Virus record (IMG/VR): IMGVR_UViG_3300021185_001174
Location: 56,811 to 120,810 of that record
Length of the DNA: 64,000 nucleotides
Strand: one strand, 5' to 3'
DNA from: a virus
Below are positions 35,650-44,843 of the stretch, piece by piece. Position 1 is the first letter of the stretch, and the number at the start of each line of letters is the position of its first letter. A model generated the notes under the pieces. It was given only the letters and a program-made list of their open reading frames with translations. It was not told the origin of the DNA and searched no databases. The position numbers were made by a program, and so were the translations under genes.

Positions 35650-36030
35650 TTAATGTATTGTAGGTTCTTTTTCTTCATCTTCATCATCATATACGGGTTC
35701 ATATTCATCCCTCTGAAGGAGGGATTCTTTTAGAGATTCAATTCTTTTTAATACTTCATCCGATGAATAGGGTTGTTCCTCATCCATAATATACTTGATG
35801 TAAGCTTCTTCAAAGTCCTTAGAGATAGGGACGTGCTGGATGCATCTATTTTTATAGAGTTTGAACATATTTTGTTCTGAGAGTGGAAACCAGTGGCTGA
35901 ATACCAAACGGCCGTACATATCATTACCTATGAGTACAGGCCTTTCAATGATATAATGTCCATCATATCTAGTATTCATTACGGCGATTATATCATCACC
36001 ATTCAATAATTTAAACTGTCTTATTTCCAT
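35650..36030 (-). CDS. Conserved hypothetical protein (Sm-like start FKLLNGDDII)
   Basis: 126 aa, between uvsW and gp55; TATAAATA at 36038-36045. Confidence 0.8.
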   Translation of the reverse strand: MEIRQFKLLNGDDIIAVMNTRYDGHYIIERPVLIGNDMYGRLVFSHWFPLSEQNMFKLYKNRCIQHVPISKDFEEAYIKYIMDEEQPYSSDEVLKRIESLKESLLQRDEYEPVYDDEDEEKEPTIH

Positions 36031-36032
36031 AC

Positions 36033-37538
36033 TTATATATTTATATCGTATATTTTATACTTAAATTTCTCTTTAGCATATATCTTAATGCGCTCTGCCG
36101 CATGAACCAAGGTATAGTTCTTCTTAGATTTCCAATGTAAATCATCTGCTATATCATATACAGTAGTCGGTTTACCATCATCGGTCTTTCTTAATCCTCT
36201 TCCGATACTTTGGAGAACCCTAATCTGAGACTTACTTGGTGATGCAAATATAATATTGTGTAGGTTACGAATATTAACCCCAGTAGAAAAAGTGCCCATA
36301 GAGGCGACAATAATCGCGTCACTGGATTTCTCTGTAATCTCTCGTACTTTCTCCCGCGTATCCACGTCGGTCTCTCCTGATACATAAAATAATCTCCTAG
36401 TGTTTCTTGGTAGTTTATCAAACTTTTCTTGCAGAAGGTTATGTAGAGGTTTTCCGTGTTTGTCGACATATTGGAATAATATGAGTGTGGCACCGACATT
36501 TTTAATTGCAAGATTTGCGATAAAGTTATTTCTAGGACCATATTGTACTATAAAGTCCATCTCTTGTTGATAAGAATTCTTTGATACTTCTCTGCAAAAC
36601 TCTTCTTTATACTTTAATAGAAGTATGTTAATATCAAGATCTGCAAGGTCATTATTATCCATCAACTTTCGGGTAGTAGTTACTTTATGAACTGGCCCGA
36701 ATAATCCCTCTAATACTAACTGATGAGTTTGAGTTCCATCTAATGTTCCTGTAGTACCTATTCTAAATTGAGCCTCGGTACATTTTTCTAATATCGCAGT
36801 GAGAGACTTAGCTTTAAATGCGTGTGCCTCATCACCAATAACCATCCCATATGGCTGGAACCATTCTGCTCTTTCTTTATAGATTGACTGCCATGTAGTG
36901 ATTACTACTCTATGTGATATATTATATTTTTCTTTACCAGCATATATCTTATGGCAATTCTCGCCTACATCCCACTCATCCAACTTAGAATAGTCTTCAA
37001 AGTCTGAATACATTTGTTCAACTAATGAAGTGGTCGGTACTATAAGTAGGACACTATTATCGTAACCATCAAGGAAAGCTCGTATGGCCATGTATATAAT
37101 AAGTGACTTACCACTTGCAGTTGGTGATAGAAGTAATGATTTTTTGTTAGATAGTGCATGATGTAAAGCCTCCAGCTGATAATCTCTAGGTTTAATTTTA
37201 TTTCCACCTGCAGTTAAATTTAACATACCTAGTATATGTTCTAAGTCAACAGGTTCAAGTGAATTAGGTAATCCGTAACTAGATGACTGAACTTCTATAG
37301 TGTATTTTCTAGCATCGGCAAACTCTTGGAGATACTTAAAGAGTCCACAATAAAGTGTTCGCTTTCTCATATCAAGTAATCTAATCTTACCATCCCATAT
37401 TCTATTCTTATATGCCGGCATGAATTTATAACCAGGAACAAAGAAACAGAAGTGCTCTGTTAGTTCCATTAGAATACTTGGGTCAGCATCTATTTGGAGA
37501 AAGCTTTCATTTCTCTTTGTTACTTTAATTTTGTCCAT
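36033..37538 (-). CDS. uvsW: SF2 DNA helicase UvsW
   Basis: SPTASGKS, GDEAH, STGVNI and QSIGRGLR. Confidence 0.97.
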   Translation of the reverse strand: MDKIKVTKRNESFLQIDADPSILMELTEHFCFFVPGYKFMPAYKNRIWDGKIRLLDMRKRTLYCGLFKYLQEFADARKYTIEVQSSSYGLPNSLEPVDLEHILGMLNLTAGGNKIKPRDYQLEALHHALSNKKSLLLSPTASGKSLIIYMAIRAFLDGYDNSVLLIVPTTSLVEQMYSDFEDYSKLDEWDVGENCHKIYAGKEKYNISHRVVITTWQSIYKERAEWFQPYGMVIGDEAHAFKAKSLTAILEKCTEAQFRIGTTGTLDGTQTHQLVLEGLFGPVHKVTTTRKLMDNNDLADLDINILLLKYKEEFCREVSKNSYQQEMDFIVQYGPRNNFIANLAIKNVGATLILFQYVDKHGKPLHNLLQEKFDKLPRNTRRLFYVSGETDVDTREKVREITEKSSDAIIVASMGTFSTGVNIRNLHNIIFASPSKSQIRVLQSIGRGLRKTDDGKPTTVYDIADDLHWKSKKNYTLVHAAERIKIYAKEKFKYKIYDINI

Positions 37539-37687
37539 TTAACCTTTCCAAAAGCCATTGTATAAGAGTATTTATTAGTCCTTAAAACGATACCATCAAA
37601 GGACTTAACCTTCTCTTTAGTGTTTTCTTCTATCCATTTCTTTAATTGGGTAAGAGAATTCCAAGACTTCTTTTCTATATATTCCAT
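37520..37687 (-). CDS. Hypothetical protein (55 aa)
   Basis: Hand translation MEYIEKKSWNSLTQLKKWIEEN...; fills the uvsY-uvsW gap. Confidence 0.55.
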   Translation of the reverse strand: MEYIEKKSWNSLTQLKKWIEENTKEKVKSFDGIVLRTNKYSYTMAFGKVKWTKLK

Positions 37688-37710
37688 TGTATACCAGAGT
37701 GTATATTCTA

Positions 37711-38169
37711 TTACATACCAGAAGTGAATTTATGCCAATCAATTGCATTTCTAATAGACTGATGTCTCCACTTAATATTTTCCATAATCTCTTTAAGTGT
37801 ATCTACCATTTCTTGCTGATAGTGTTGTTTGGCTTGGTGGGCTTGAATGAGAGGGTCTGAATCGTACCATTTATCCATATCTCCCTTTAATACTGTAAGA
37901 CCATTAAGTGGGTCATAAGACCAACCTTTATCGTCCATTTCTTCTTGAGTTAGTTTACCATTATAGTGCATAAACTTCTCTTTCAGCAAGACTTTAAAAT
38001 CCAAGTCTAACTTCTTTAGTTTTAGTTTATTTACAGTATATAGTTCTAAGTACTTCGAATGAAGTTTGGCAGATTCACGAGATGCATTACCTAAATCCAT
38101 CTCATCTATAGTGGAATCTTTCTTCCACATTTCTATTATTTGTTCTAAGCTATTCATAATATTCTCCAA
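37711..38169 (-). CDS. uvsY: Recombination mediator UvsY
   Basis: KLHSKYLELY...IKWRHQSIRNAIDWHKF; synteny. Confidence 0.92.
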   Translation of the reverse strand: MENIMNSLEQIIEMWKKDSTIDEMDLGNASRESAKLHSKYLELYTVNKLKLKKLDLDFKVLLKEKFMHYNGKLTQEEMDDKGWSYDPLNGLTVLKGDMDKWYDSDPLIQAHQAKQHYQQEMVDTLKEIMENIKWRHQSIRNAIDWHKFTSGM

Positions 38170-38189
38170 GTATACTTATAGATTAACTT

Positions 38190-38218
38190 ATTATACTACA
38201 AGTTAACCTAAATGTAAA
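38190..38218 (-). promoter_or_regulatory. Early promoter (uvsY-uvsW)
   Basis: TTTACA-N17-TATAAT. Confidence 0.85.
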
Positions 38219-38221
38219 CCA

Positions 38222-38680
38222 TTATTTAAATTCAAAGGTTGAGTAAGCAAATGTTACTGTCGCCTGTAGATATTCTACTTCTGTTCCTTGTGTGTCGAAT
38301 GCAAGTTCTGTCATTGCAATAGGGAATACATCCGAAAAATGTATTGTCTTAGTTACATTAGAGTGAGAGTTAAGAACCAATAGTTCTGCATCTTCTGACT
38401 GGTCTTCTTTACTGTTAACTATACGATGCATCCAATTAAACATTTCTAAGTAATTTTCCATATCTTCTGTAATATTAAATGTAATGGATAAGTCACCAAA
38501 GTTTATTCTATCACCAGTAAATGCAATGTTTGCACCTTTATATGGCATAGGACTTTCTGCAATTGCCATATCAGGTAGAGATACACCAGTACAAAAATAT
38601 TCGGAATTAGAAAATTTGTTCTTGTCTATAGAGAATTGAAACCCTATAGGATTTAAAAAGTTTTTATTAGTAGTTGTCAT
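38222..38680 (-). CDS. gp3: Tail tube terminator / sheath stabiliser
   Basis: NFLNPIGFQF, tube-protein-like fold (F.ITEDMENY.E..NW); late promoter at 38686-38693. Confidence 0.85.
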   Translation of the reverse strand: MTTTNKNFLNPIGFQFSIDKNKFSNSEYFCTGVSLPDMAIAESPMPYKGANIAFTGDRINFGDLSITFNITEDMENYLEMFNWMHRIVNSKEDQSEDAELLVLNSHSNVTKTIHFSDVFPIAMTELAFDTQGTEVEYLQATVTFAYSTFEFK

Positions 38681-38744
38681 ATATGTATTTATACTCTTTT
38701 AAAAGTTAGAATGCGCCATCCTTGGCCAAAGTGCTCCTATAAAC

Positions 38745-38948
38745 TTACTTAGATTCAGTCTCTTCAACACCAGTCTTATCTGCCACAGTTTTAATTGTAC
38801 CAGATACTACATCCAAAGTGCCAGTGGTAACACCTGCAACATCAGATGCAACTCCACCAACAATAGTCTTAGTGCCGTCAATTACTGAGTCAACTGTACT
38901 ACAACCAGCTAACAAAACTACTGTCATTAATGCAAAAATCTTATGCAT
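38745..38948 (-). CDS. Small lipoprotein
   Basis: Signal peptide with lipobox LLAG-C; Gly/Thr/Val-rich amphipathic mature part; late promoter at 39041-39048. Confidence 0.8.
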   Translation of the reverse strand: MHKIFALMTVVLLAGCSTVDSVIDGTKTIVGGVASDVAGVTTGTLDVVSGTIKTVADKTGVEETESK

Positions 38949-39082
38949 GATAATCTCCTATCTTGTAATTCCGGGGGTGGTTTCCTATCCACTCATGTGC
39001 AGTACGTACCACTTGATACGCAGAACATCTTCCATGTAGTTATTTATATCTATTAAATGCTTAGACTTCAGTTTTTCTACGC

Positions 39083-39111
39083 AAAAAAAGAGAGCCCCGA
39101 AGGACTCTCTT
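39083..39111 (-). terminator. Major capsid gene terminator with UUCG tetraloop
   Basis: GAGAGTCC-TTCG-GGGCTCTC followed by T7. Confidence 0.92.
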
Positions 39112-39131
39112 AAATACTTTATTACTAAAGA

Positions 39132-40463
39132 TTAGTCAACCATGATGTCGTCTACTCTGAAGATTCTGAAGTATGGGTTAGCTCTGTCAGTACCTGTACC
39201 GTCAGCGCCTACGAATGGATTAGTAACCATACCGTATCTAGTTTTGAACCCGATACGTGGTTGGAAATCACTTTCGCCAATTGCCTTAACCATAGTTAAT
39301 GGTACGTAAGGACAGTAGAACATACCCGCATCATACGGATTTGAACCTCTATAACCTACTAAAGCAAAGTCTTCTGTTGCATATGGGTCTACATATACTT
39401 TTAGTCTTCCGTTAAGAACACCAGCAAAAGTATTACCTGTATCATCTACTTGTAATCCAGTAGATAAAGCAGGAGTATAGTCCATTACACCAGCTGCTGC
39501 TAGAGCAGAAGCAACGTCTGAAGAACAGATAACAAAGTTACCTTTGCCTCTTCTAGTTTGCTTAGCAATGATGTTTGCTTCTCTTTCGAGTTGCATGATA
39601 AGTCCTTTGAACTTCTCAACCATCCAACGTCCGTCTGAGTCTGTACCAACATCAAAAGCACCTTTCAATGCTACTGAAGTTTGTTGTGCACCTAACTTAG
39701 CTTTAGCCATAATAGTTCTAATCATCTCTCTGTTGATTTCCGCAAGGATTTCAGTAGAAAGAATATTAGCTAGTTCAGCTTCTGCATCTAGACCATGAAT
39801 TGCTTTAAGGTCTTGAGCTAGTTCCATTGTGTACTCAGCTTTAAGAGCTCTTGACTTAGCAGTTACTGTTGATTTCTCAATAGTGAAAGCCATTTCTCCG
39901 AACCCGTTACCTGTTAGAGCTTCTGCAGATGCAGTAGCAATACCACTACCAGATGTAATTACTGTATCAGCTAGGTTATCACCTAGGACACCATCAGCAC
40001 CTGAACCGTCAGTTTCGCCTTCAAGACCAGTTGGCCCTGCAGCATGTGTACCAGTACCAGAAAAGTCAGTATCAGCTTCGTTAAAGAAAGCCTCATCACC
40101 TGCCTGTGTACCATACTTAGCTTTCATAGCAAAGATAAGACCAGTTGGACCAGTCATTGGTTGAACACCAGCTACATCATAAGCGATAAGATTTGGCATA
40201 GCTCTTCTTACGAGAGAGATAAGTACCGGATCAAATCCTTTGATGTTACCAGCTGTAGCACCCATACCAGCACCGACTACGTTAGCCGCTTCTGAAATAT
40301 AGTTACCACCCATTTGAGCTGCTTCTTCTGCAAGAGCAACTTCTTGATTTTCTAACAATCGAGCTGTAACAGCTTTCTTGTATTTATCCTGAATAACTGG
40401 TGCACTTTCGTGTTCCAGGACAGGACCCCATTTTTCCATGAGTTGTGAGTCTGCATTAAACAT
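39132..40463 (-). CDS. gp23: Major capsid protein
   Basis: LISLVRRAMPNLIAYDVAGVQPMTGPTGLIFAM, ELAQDLKAIHGLDAE and FQPRIGFKTRYG. Confidence 0.99.
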   Translation of the reverse strand: MFNADSQLMEKWGPVLEHESAPVIQDKYKKAVTARLLENQEVALAEEAAQMGGNYISEAANVVGAGMGATAGNIKGFDPVLISLVRRAMPNLIAYDVAGVQPMTGPTGLIFAMKAKYGTQAGDEAFFNEADTDFSGTGTHAAGPTGLEGETDGSGADGVLGDNLADTVITSGSGIATASAEALTGNGFGEMAFTIEKSTVTAKSRALKAEYTMELAQDLKAIHGLDAEAELANILSTEILAEINREMIRTIMAKAKLGAQQTSVALKGAFDVGTDSDGRWMVEKFKGLIMQLEREANIIAKQTRRGKGNFVICSSDVASALAAAGVMDYTPALSTGLQVDDTGNTFAGVLNGRLKVYVDPYATEDFALVGYRGSNPYDAGMFYCPYVPLTMVKAIGESDFQPRIGFKTRYGMVTNPFVGADGTGTDRANPYFRIFRVDDIMVD

Positions 40464-40485
40464 TTTTTAGTTCCCCTAATTTGTT

Positions 40486-41619
40486 TTATGAATAGTTTTT
40501 ACTAATAGCTTGTGTGTATCTAGCCATTGAATCTGAGATATCAGCAGTTTCTACTGAGTCATTTCCAATGAGACTTTTTACTTCGTCAGCCTTCTCATTA
40601 ACTTCCTTTGTGAAGTATGATTCTTTAACAGTTTTAACTTTCATTTCAAAAGTTTCTTTGTTATCAAAATCAATATCTTCAACTAAAGATGCTAACTTCT
40701 CAGCTTCAGTTTCAGCTAAACCTAAAGAATTTTCTCTGATTACATTTGCTCTTTCAAGTTCTTGAACGGACTCATGTAGTCTGATATTATCTTCTGTTGA
40801 TTTATTAAGGTTCCCTTCTAGTTCAGCTACTTGCTCTGATAAATCATCAACAAGGTCTACTTTACCTTCTGGAACATCAATGTAATGTTCTGTGAACACT
40901 TTTTGAAGTGAAGTCATGAACTCTTCAGCAATTTCAGTCCTAAGACCATTAACTACTGATACTTCATTTTCTTTCATCCAATTTTCAACAACGTATGAAA
41001 GGTAAGAATCTACCTTCTCTACTAGCTGAGATTGAACTTGAGAAACTTCTTCTTCAAGATTTTGCACGTATTCGGCTTCTAATCTATCAACTTCTTCAGT
41101 CAACTTAGATGTTAATACTGCTTCGAAAATAGCTCCGGCCTTTCCTCTGAATCCTTCAGAAAGGGTTGCTTCTTCTAACACTAGTGCATCTAGGTCTTCA
41201 TCAAAATCAATTGATTCGACTTTTGCTTTAACCTTAGGTTCATCTTTCGTTTTACCTTTGACTGCAGCAATTGCTTTGCCAACGGAGCCATCATCTTCGG
41301 CCTCGTCAACTTTTGCCATTTTAGCGTAAAGTTTTTGTGCATCTTCTTTACGTGCTTTCTTCAACATTTCTACTGCGGCTTGAATAACACCTGCTTTAGT
41401 TTTTGGAACAGAAAGTTCTGGAGCGGCTTCTTTAACCTCTTCTTCTTCTTCCTCTTCTTCTTCTTTTACATCTTCATCTTCCGATTCAGATTTAGCAGCT
41501 GCCTTCTCTTCAAGAGATTCCTCGTCTAAATTCTCATTTTCAACGAGCTCTTCTTCTTGAGTAAGCTCTTCACTAGCAATGTCTTCAACAAGCTCTTCTA
41601 CTTTATTGTCGATTGACAT
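40486..41619 (-). CDS. gp22: Prohead core scaffold protein
   Basis: Acidic coiled coil, YLSYVVENWM; synteny. Confidence 0.93.
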   Translation of the reverse strand: MSIDNKVEELVEDIASEELTQEEELVENENLDEESLEEKAAAKSESEDEDVKEEEEEEEEEVKEAAPELSVPKTKAGVIQAAVEMLKKARKEDAQKLYAKMAKVDEAEDDGSVGKAIAAVKGKTKDEPKVKAKVESIDFDEDLDALVLEEATLSEGFRGKAGAIFEAVLTSKLTEEVDRLEAEYVQNLEEEVSQVQSQLVEKVDSYLSYVVENWMKENEVSVVNGLRTEIAEEFMTSLQKVFTEHYIDVPEGKVDLVDDLSEQVAELEGNLNKSTEDNIRLHESVQELERANVIRENSLGLAETEAEKLASLVEDIDFDNKETFEMKVKTVKESYFTKEVNEKADEVKSLIGNDSVETADISDSMARYTQAISKNYS

Positions 41620-41628
41620 AACATTCTC

Positions 41629-42288
41629 CTATATTTTAGAGTTTAGTTTAGAGAGGAAATTCTTAAAAGCTCTGATTTCTACATCCGCAGAATTCATATT
41701 TTTAGCTTCTTTTATTTCAGTCTCAATTTCTTCAATTTCTTGTGCCACAAGGATACCATTATTCCAAACCCAATCTACGCCTTCCATGATGCCATCTACG
41801 AAAGCACCAGGAGCCGAAGGGTCTTGAACAATGTCAACGGTTGCAAGCATAAAATCCTTACCAACATGTTGAGTACCATTCTTCTGTACAAGAGTTCCCA
41901 TACCACGACTTGAAACACCAAGCCTAACACCACCTTCTAATAATCCTTCAACTATTTTTCCCATAGGGGTCTTAAGTATTGATGCTTTTCCCACAACGTC
42001 ATCTCCCTCCCAACGGAGTTCAGTGATTTTGTGTGAAACTTTATCAAGATTGATAGTCGGCCCATCTGGGTGATTTAATTCACCTACCGCTCTACCAGTC
42101 TTTACTTGTTCTGTTATATACTTATTGACAGCGGACTCTAATACCTTCTTGTCATAAGTTCTTTTATTTCTGTTCTGTCTATTGGCCTGCATGAAGACAC
42201 CTTCTATAACGTATCCTTTCGAACCGTCTTTACGTGCTTCTTGAATAACCTCTAGGTCTGTTTCTAAATATTCGGCTATAAGCTTCAT
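41629..42288 (-). CDS. gp21: Prohead protease
   Basis: GELNHP, LGVSSRGMG and DIVQDPSAP. Confidence 0.97.
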   Translation of the reverse strand: MKLIAEYLETDLEVIQEARKDGSKGYVIEGVFMQANRQNRNKRTYDKKVLESAVNKYITEQVKTGRAVGELNHPDGPTINLDKVSHKITELRWEGDDVVGKASILKTPMGKIVEGLLEGGVRLGVSSRGMGTLVQKNGTQHVGKDFMLATVDIVQDPSAPGAFVDGIMEGVDWVWNNGILVAQEIEEIETEIKEAKNMNSADVEIRAFKNFLSKLNSKI

Positions 42289-42521
42289 TTTAGCTCTTCT
42301 CCCATCAGCTTAATAAAATCATTAGCTGATTTTTCTGCATCCTTTGCATTTCTAAAGTTGTCATCTAGTTTTTCATTGTCTACATATACTGCAAACTTGT
42401 TACCTTTCTTAGAGATAACTATATCTAGTGATTTTTTCTTGCCACCTTTATAGACCTTTACCTGTTTTTCTCCAGCGCCTAACTTAGTAACTTTTTCTCT
42501 TAGTTCTACAAAAGAAAGCAT
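42285..42521 (-). CDS. gp68: Prohead core protein (gp68-like)
   Basis: 78 aa starting MLSFVELRE; synteny 20-67-68-21. Confidence 0.65.
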   Translation of the reverse strand: MLSFVELREKVTKLGAGEKQVKVYKGGKKKSLDIVISKKGNKFAVYVDNEKLDDNFRNAKDAEKSANDFIKLMGEELK

Positions 42522-42525
42522 TTAT

Positions 42526-42696
42526 TTATTCCTCTTCGGTATTAACTGTAGCTCTATCTTGTAGTGTTGATGCCACTTCGATTTTCTTAGCATCTAATGC
42601 TGCAGTTAACTTGTCTGCCATAATACCATTAAATGCATTATTAGCAGAAACATTATCGCCATTTTTTAAATTATCAATTAAATTTTCAATAGTCAT
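42526..42696 (-). CDS. gp67: Prohead core protein (gp67-like, 56 aa)
   Basis: Hand translation MTIENLIDNLKNGDNVSANNAFNGIMADKLTAALDAKKIEVA...; late promoter at 42717-42724. Confidence 0.7.
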   Translation of the reverse strand: MTIENLIDNLKNGDNVSANNAFNGIMADKLTAALDAKKIEVASTLQDRATVNTEEE

Positions 42697-42743
42697 TTAT
42701 ATTTTCCTTGTTTATATATTTATAAAAAAAAGTATCTCAAGAA

Positions 42744-44231
42744 CTAGAAGTCTTCGTCACTTTTGTGCATACCAGCAGCAACCTCTGCTTTTATCTGGTC
42801 TTCCATTTCTTTCTTCGCTTCATCATCCAGTTTTAGAATATTCTTAGCAGCCCACTCATGTGAGATATACTTACCAATATAATCTTCTACTGAACTTAAC
42901 ATATCAAATCTTTCTTTCCATATCTCAGCTTCTTTCAATTCTGAGAAATAGTTATCTTCGATATAGTTAAACTGTATTTGTTCTTTCCATTGGTCCCAAT
43001 CTTGTTTAGTAATAATGCCTTTTAACAGTAATTGAGTTCTTAGTGTTTGCCTAAATAGGTCACTAAATCTTTTTCTAAGTCTATCAATGAACTTCTTAAA
43101 CTTAACTTCATCCCTAGAAATTTCAGTACTTCTACCTAAAGTAAAGTTAGCTTCTTGTTCTAATCTATTTACTGGTACATTTAATGATTTATATAGTTTC
43201 TTTTGGAAGTATATAATATCATCTATCTGACCAAGATTTTCTCCACCTGGTAATGTAGTAATCTCTGTACCTCTACCGCCTTCTCTTCTTGGTAAGAAGA
43301 AATCTTCCAACATTGACATATGCTTCTTATCATCTTTAATGTTACCAGTCTTAGCATCATAGACCATTTTATTTCTATATTGGCCCATGATATTTTTAAG
43401 ATACTCTTCTGCTTTACCTTTAGGTAAGTTACCAACATCAATATAGAAAATTCTTCTTTCTGGCGCTCTACTTATTCTATAGATTACCAGCGAGTCTTCC
43501 ATCATTCTAAGTTGGTTAACAGGCTTAATTGCTTTCTGTAAGTAACTTAATATTCTTCTTCTACTTGCATCCAATACACCTGATGTGCAATAGATAACTG
43601 AATCTGGGTGAATTTTAATTCCTTGATTAGACTTGCCCATAGCAACATCTTGGAATAGGAAGTATTCACTTTCCTTTTTAATAACATTTGCCCCTGTTTT
43701 AGGGTCTTTCTCTTCTTCAACCTCTTTAATCTTTCTAAGTTTAGTTGGGTCGATATAACGTAATTCTTTGATACCATTCTTTGGATTCTTATCATCAATA
43801 ATAACGTGATAAGGTAATCTGCCATCTACATACCATCTACGGAAGATATCATGTCCGTAACTGTTAAAATTATACATAGAAAGAATATTTGAAAACTCTT
43901 CTTGTATAGTTTCTTTAATCTTATCTGAAGCCTTTACTTCATCTAATACTAATCTTATTGGAGTGTCCGTATGGTCACCCACAATTGCCTCATTCATAAT
44001 ATCTTCAATTGCTGCATCACATTCTGGTTGAGTTGATACATCACGATACTTAAAAATAAGTTCTATTTCATTCTTTGCTTTATCACCATCTAGGTCAAGA
44101 TATGCACCAAAGTGCCCACCTGCCTGAATGACACCTGCGCCGTCTTCATCTGTATTTGGGACAAATGAGGGCCTAACAGGTTCTTGATTCTGTTTCTTTC
44201 TGTTTATTTCAAAGCCGAAAAAATCTGCCAT
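42744..44231 (-). CDS. gp20: Portal vertex protein
   Basis: FRRWYVDGR, RAPERRIFYIDVGNLPK and EDFFLPRREGGRGTEI. Confidence 0.98.
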   Translation of the reverse strand: MADFFGFEINRKKQNQEPVRPSFVPNTDEDGAGVIQAGGHFGAYLDLDGDKAKNEIELIFKYRDVSTQPECDAAIEDIMNEAIVGDHTDTPIRLVLDEVKASDKIKETIQEEFSNILSMYNFNSYGHDIFRRWYVDGRLPYHVIIDDKNPKNGIKELRYIDPTKLRKIKEVEEEKDPKTGANVIKKESEYFLFQDVAMGKSNQGIKIHPDSVIYCTSGVLDASRRRILSYLQKAIKPVNQLRMMEDSLVIYRISRAPERRIFYIDVGNLPKGKAEEYLKNIMGQYRNKMVYDAKTGNIKDDKKHMSMLEDFFLPRREGGRGTEITTLPGGENLGQIDDIIYFQKKLYKSLNVPVNRLEQEANFTLGRSTEISRDEVKFKKFIDRLRKRFSDLFRQTLRTQLLLKGIITKQDWDQWKEQIQFNYIEDNYFSELKEAEIWKERFDMLSSVEDYIGKYISHEWAAKNILKLDDEAKKEMEDQIKAEVAAGMHKSDEDF

Positions 44232-44289
44232 TGTTAATCCTCTAATAATAATATAAGGAGGGGAGGTTTAATTCCCCTCCGTCTACTAT

Positions 44290-44297
44290 TATTTATA
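44290..44297 (-). promoter_or_regulatory. Late promoter (gp20)
   Basis: TATAAATA followed by a GGAGGG/CCCTCC hairpin. Confidence 0.8.
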
Positions 44298-44303
44298 CTA
44301 GTT

Positions 44304-44831
44304 TTAGCTAGTAGTTCCTGACTCCCAGTAATTAACCTGAAGTTCTACTGTAAACTCTTCGATTGTATTCTCATTTTCATAAGAAAGGTCGATAGCTCCA
44401 ATATTCGTTGGGAAAGTTCCTCTAAAGTCATATCTCTTAACAGCTTTACCTTCTTTATCGAGTTGTTCGACAATCATGTCAGCCATATAATCATTAGGGT
44501 TTGCTATTCCAACGTTAGCTTCGTGTTGGTTAATACCGTTAGACCATCTTTCGAATGCATTTCTTACCTTGAAGTCTGTATCATTAATTACAGTTATTGT
44601 CCAAGGTTCAAATGTTCTGTCACCAGCCATTATCAACTTTCTACCCCTAAATGGAATTTCCACTGGAGATAGGATTGAAGCAGGAAGCTGAGCAGCTTTA
44701 CATAAGAAAGAGGTAAGTTCAACATCACCTTCAGCATAGCCAGGGAAGTTAACTGTCGCTTTGAACATGTTAGCCCTTGCACCGCCACCGGTTAGTCTTG
44801 ATTTAAAATCATCAATTCCTAAAATTGCCAT
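44304..44831 (-). CDS. gp19: Tail tube protein
   Basis: GGARANMF, PFRGRKL, GDRTFEPWTITV and FPTNIG. Confidence 0.97.
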   Translation of the reverse strand: MAILGIDDFKSRLTGGGARANMFKATVNFPGYAEGDVELTSFLCKAAQLPASILSPVEIPFRGRKLIMAGDRTFEPWTITVINDTDFKVRNAFERWSNGINQHEANVGIANPNDYMADMIVEQLDKEGKAVKRYDFRGTFPTNIGAIDLSYENENTIEEFTVELQVNYWESGTTS

Positions 44832-44843
44832 GTCTTTCTCCTA

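Noticed and set aside
38950-39040. Ribozyme or riboswitch in the lipoprotein leader
   Set aside because: It has ATGA...GAAA but lacks the CUGANGA hammerhead core and the required stems; only two small hairpins are supportable.
40486-41619. Glu-rich low-complexity tract as a repeat element
   Set aside because: This is normal for gp22 scaffold proteins.
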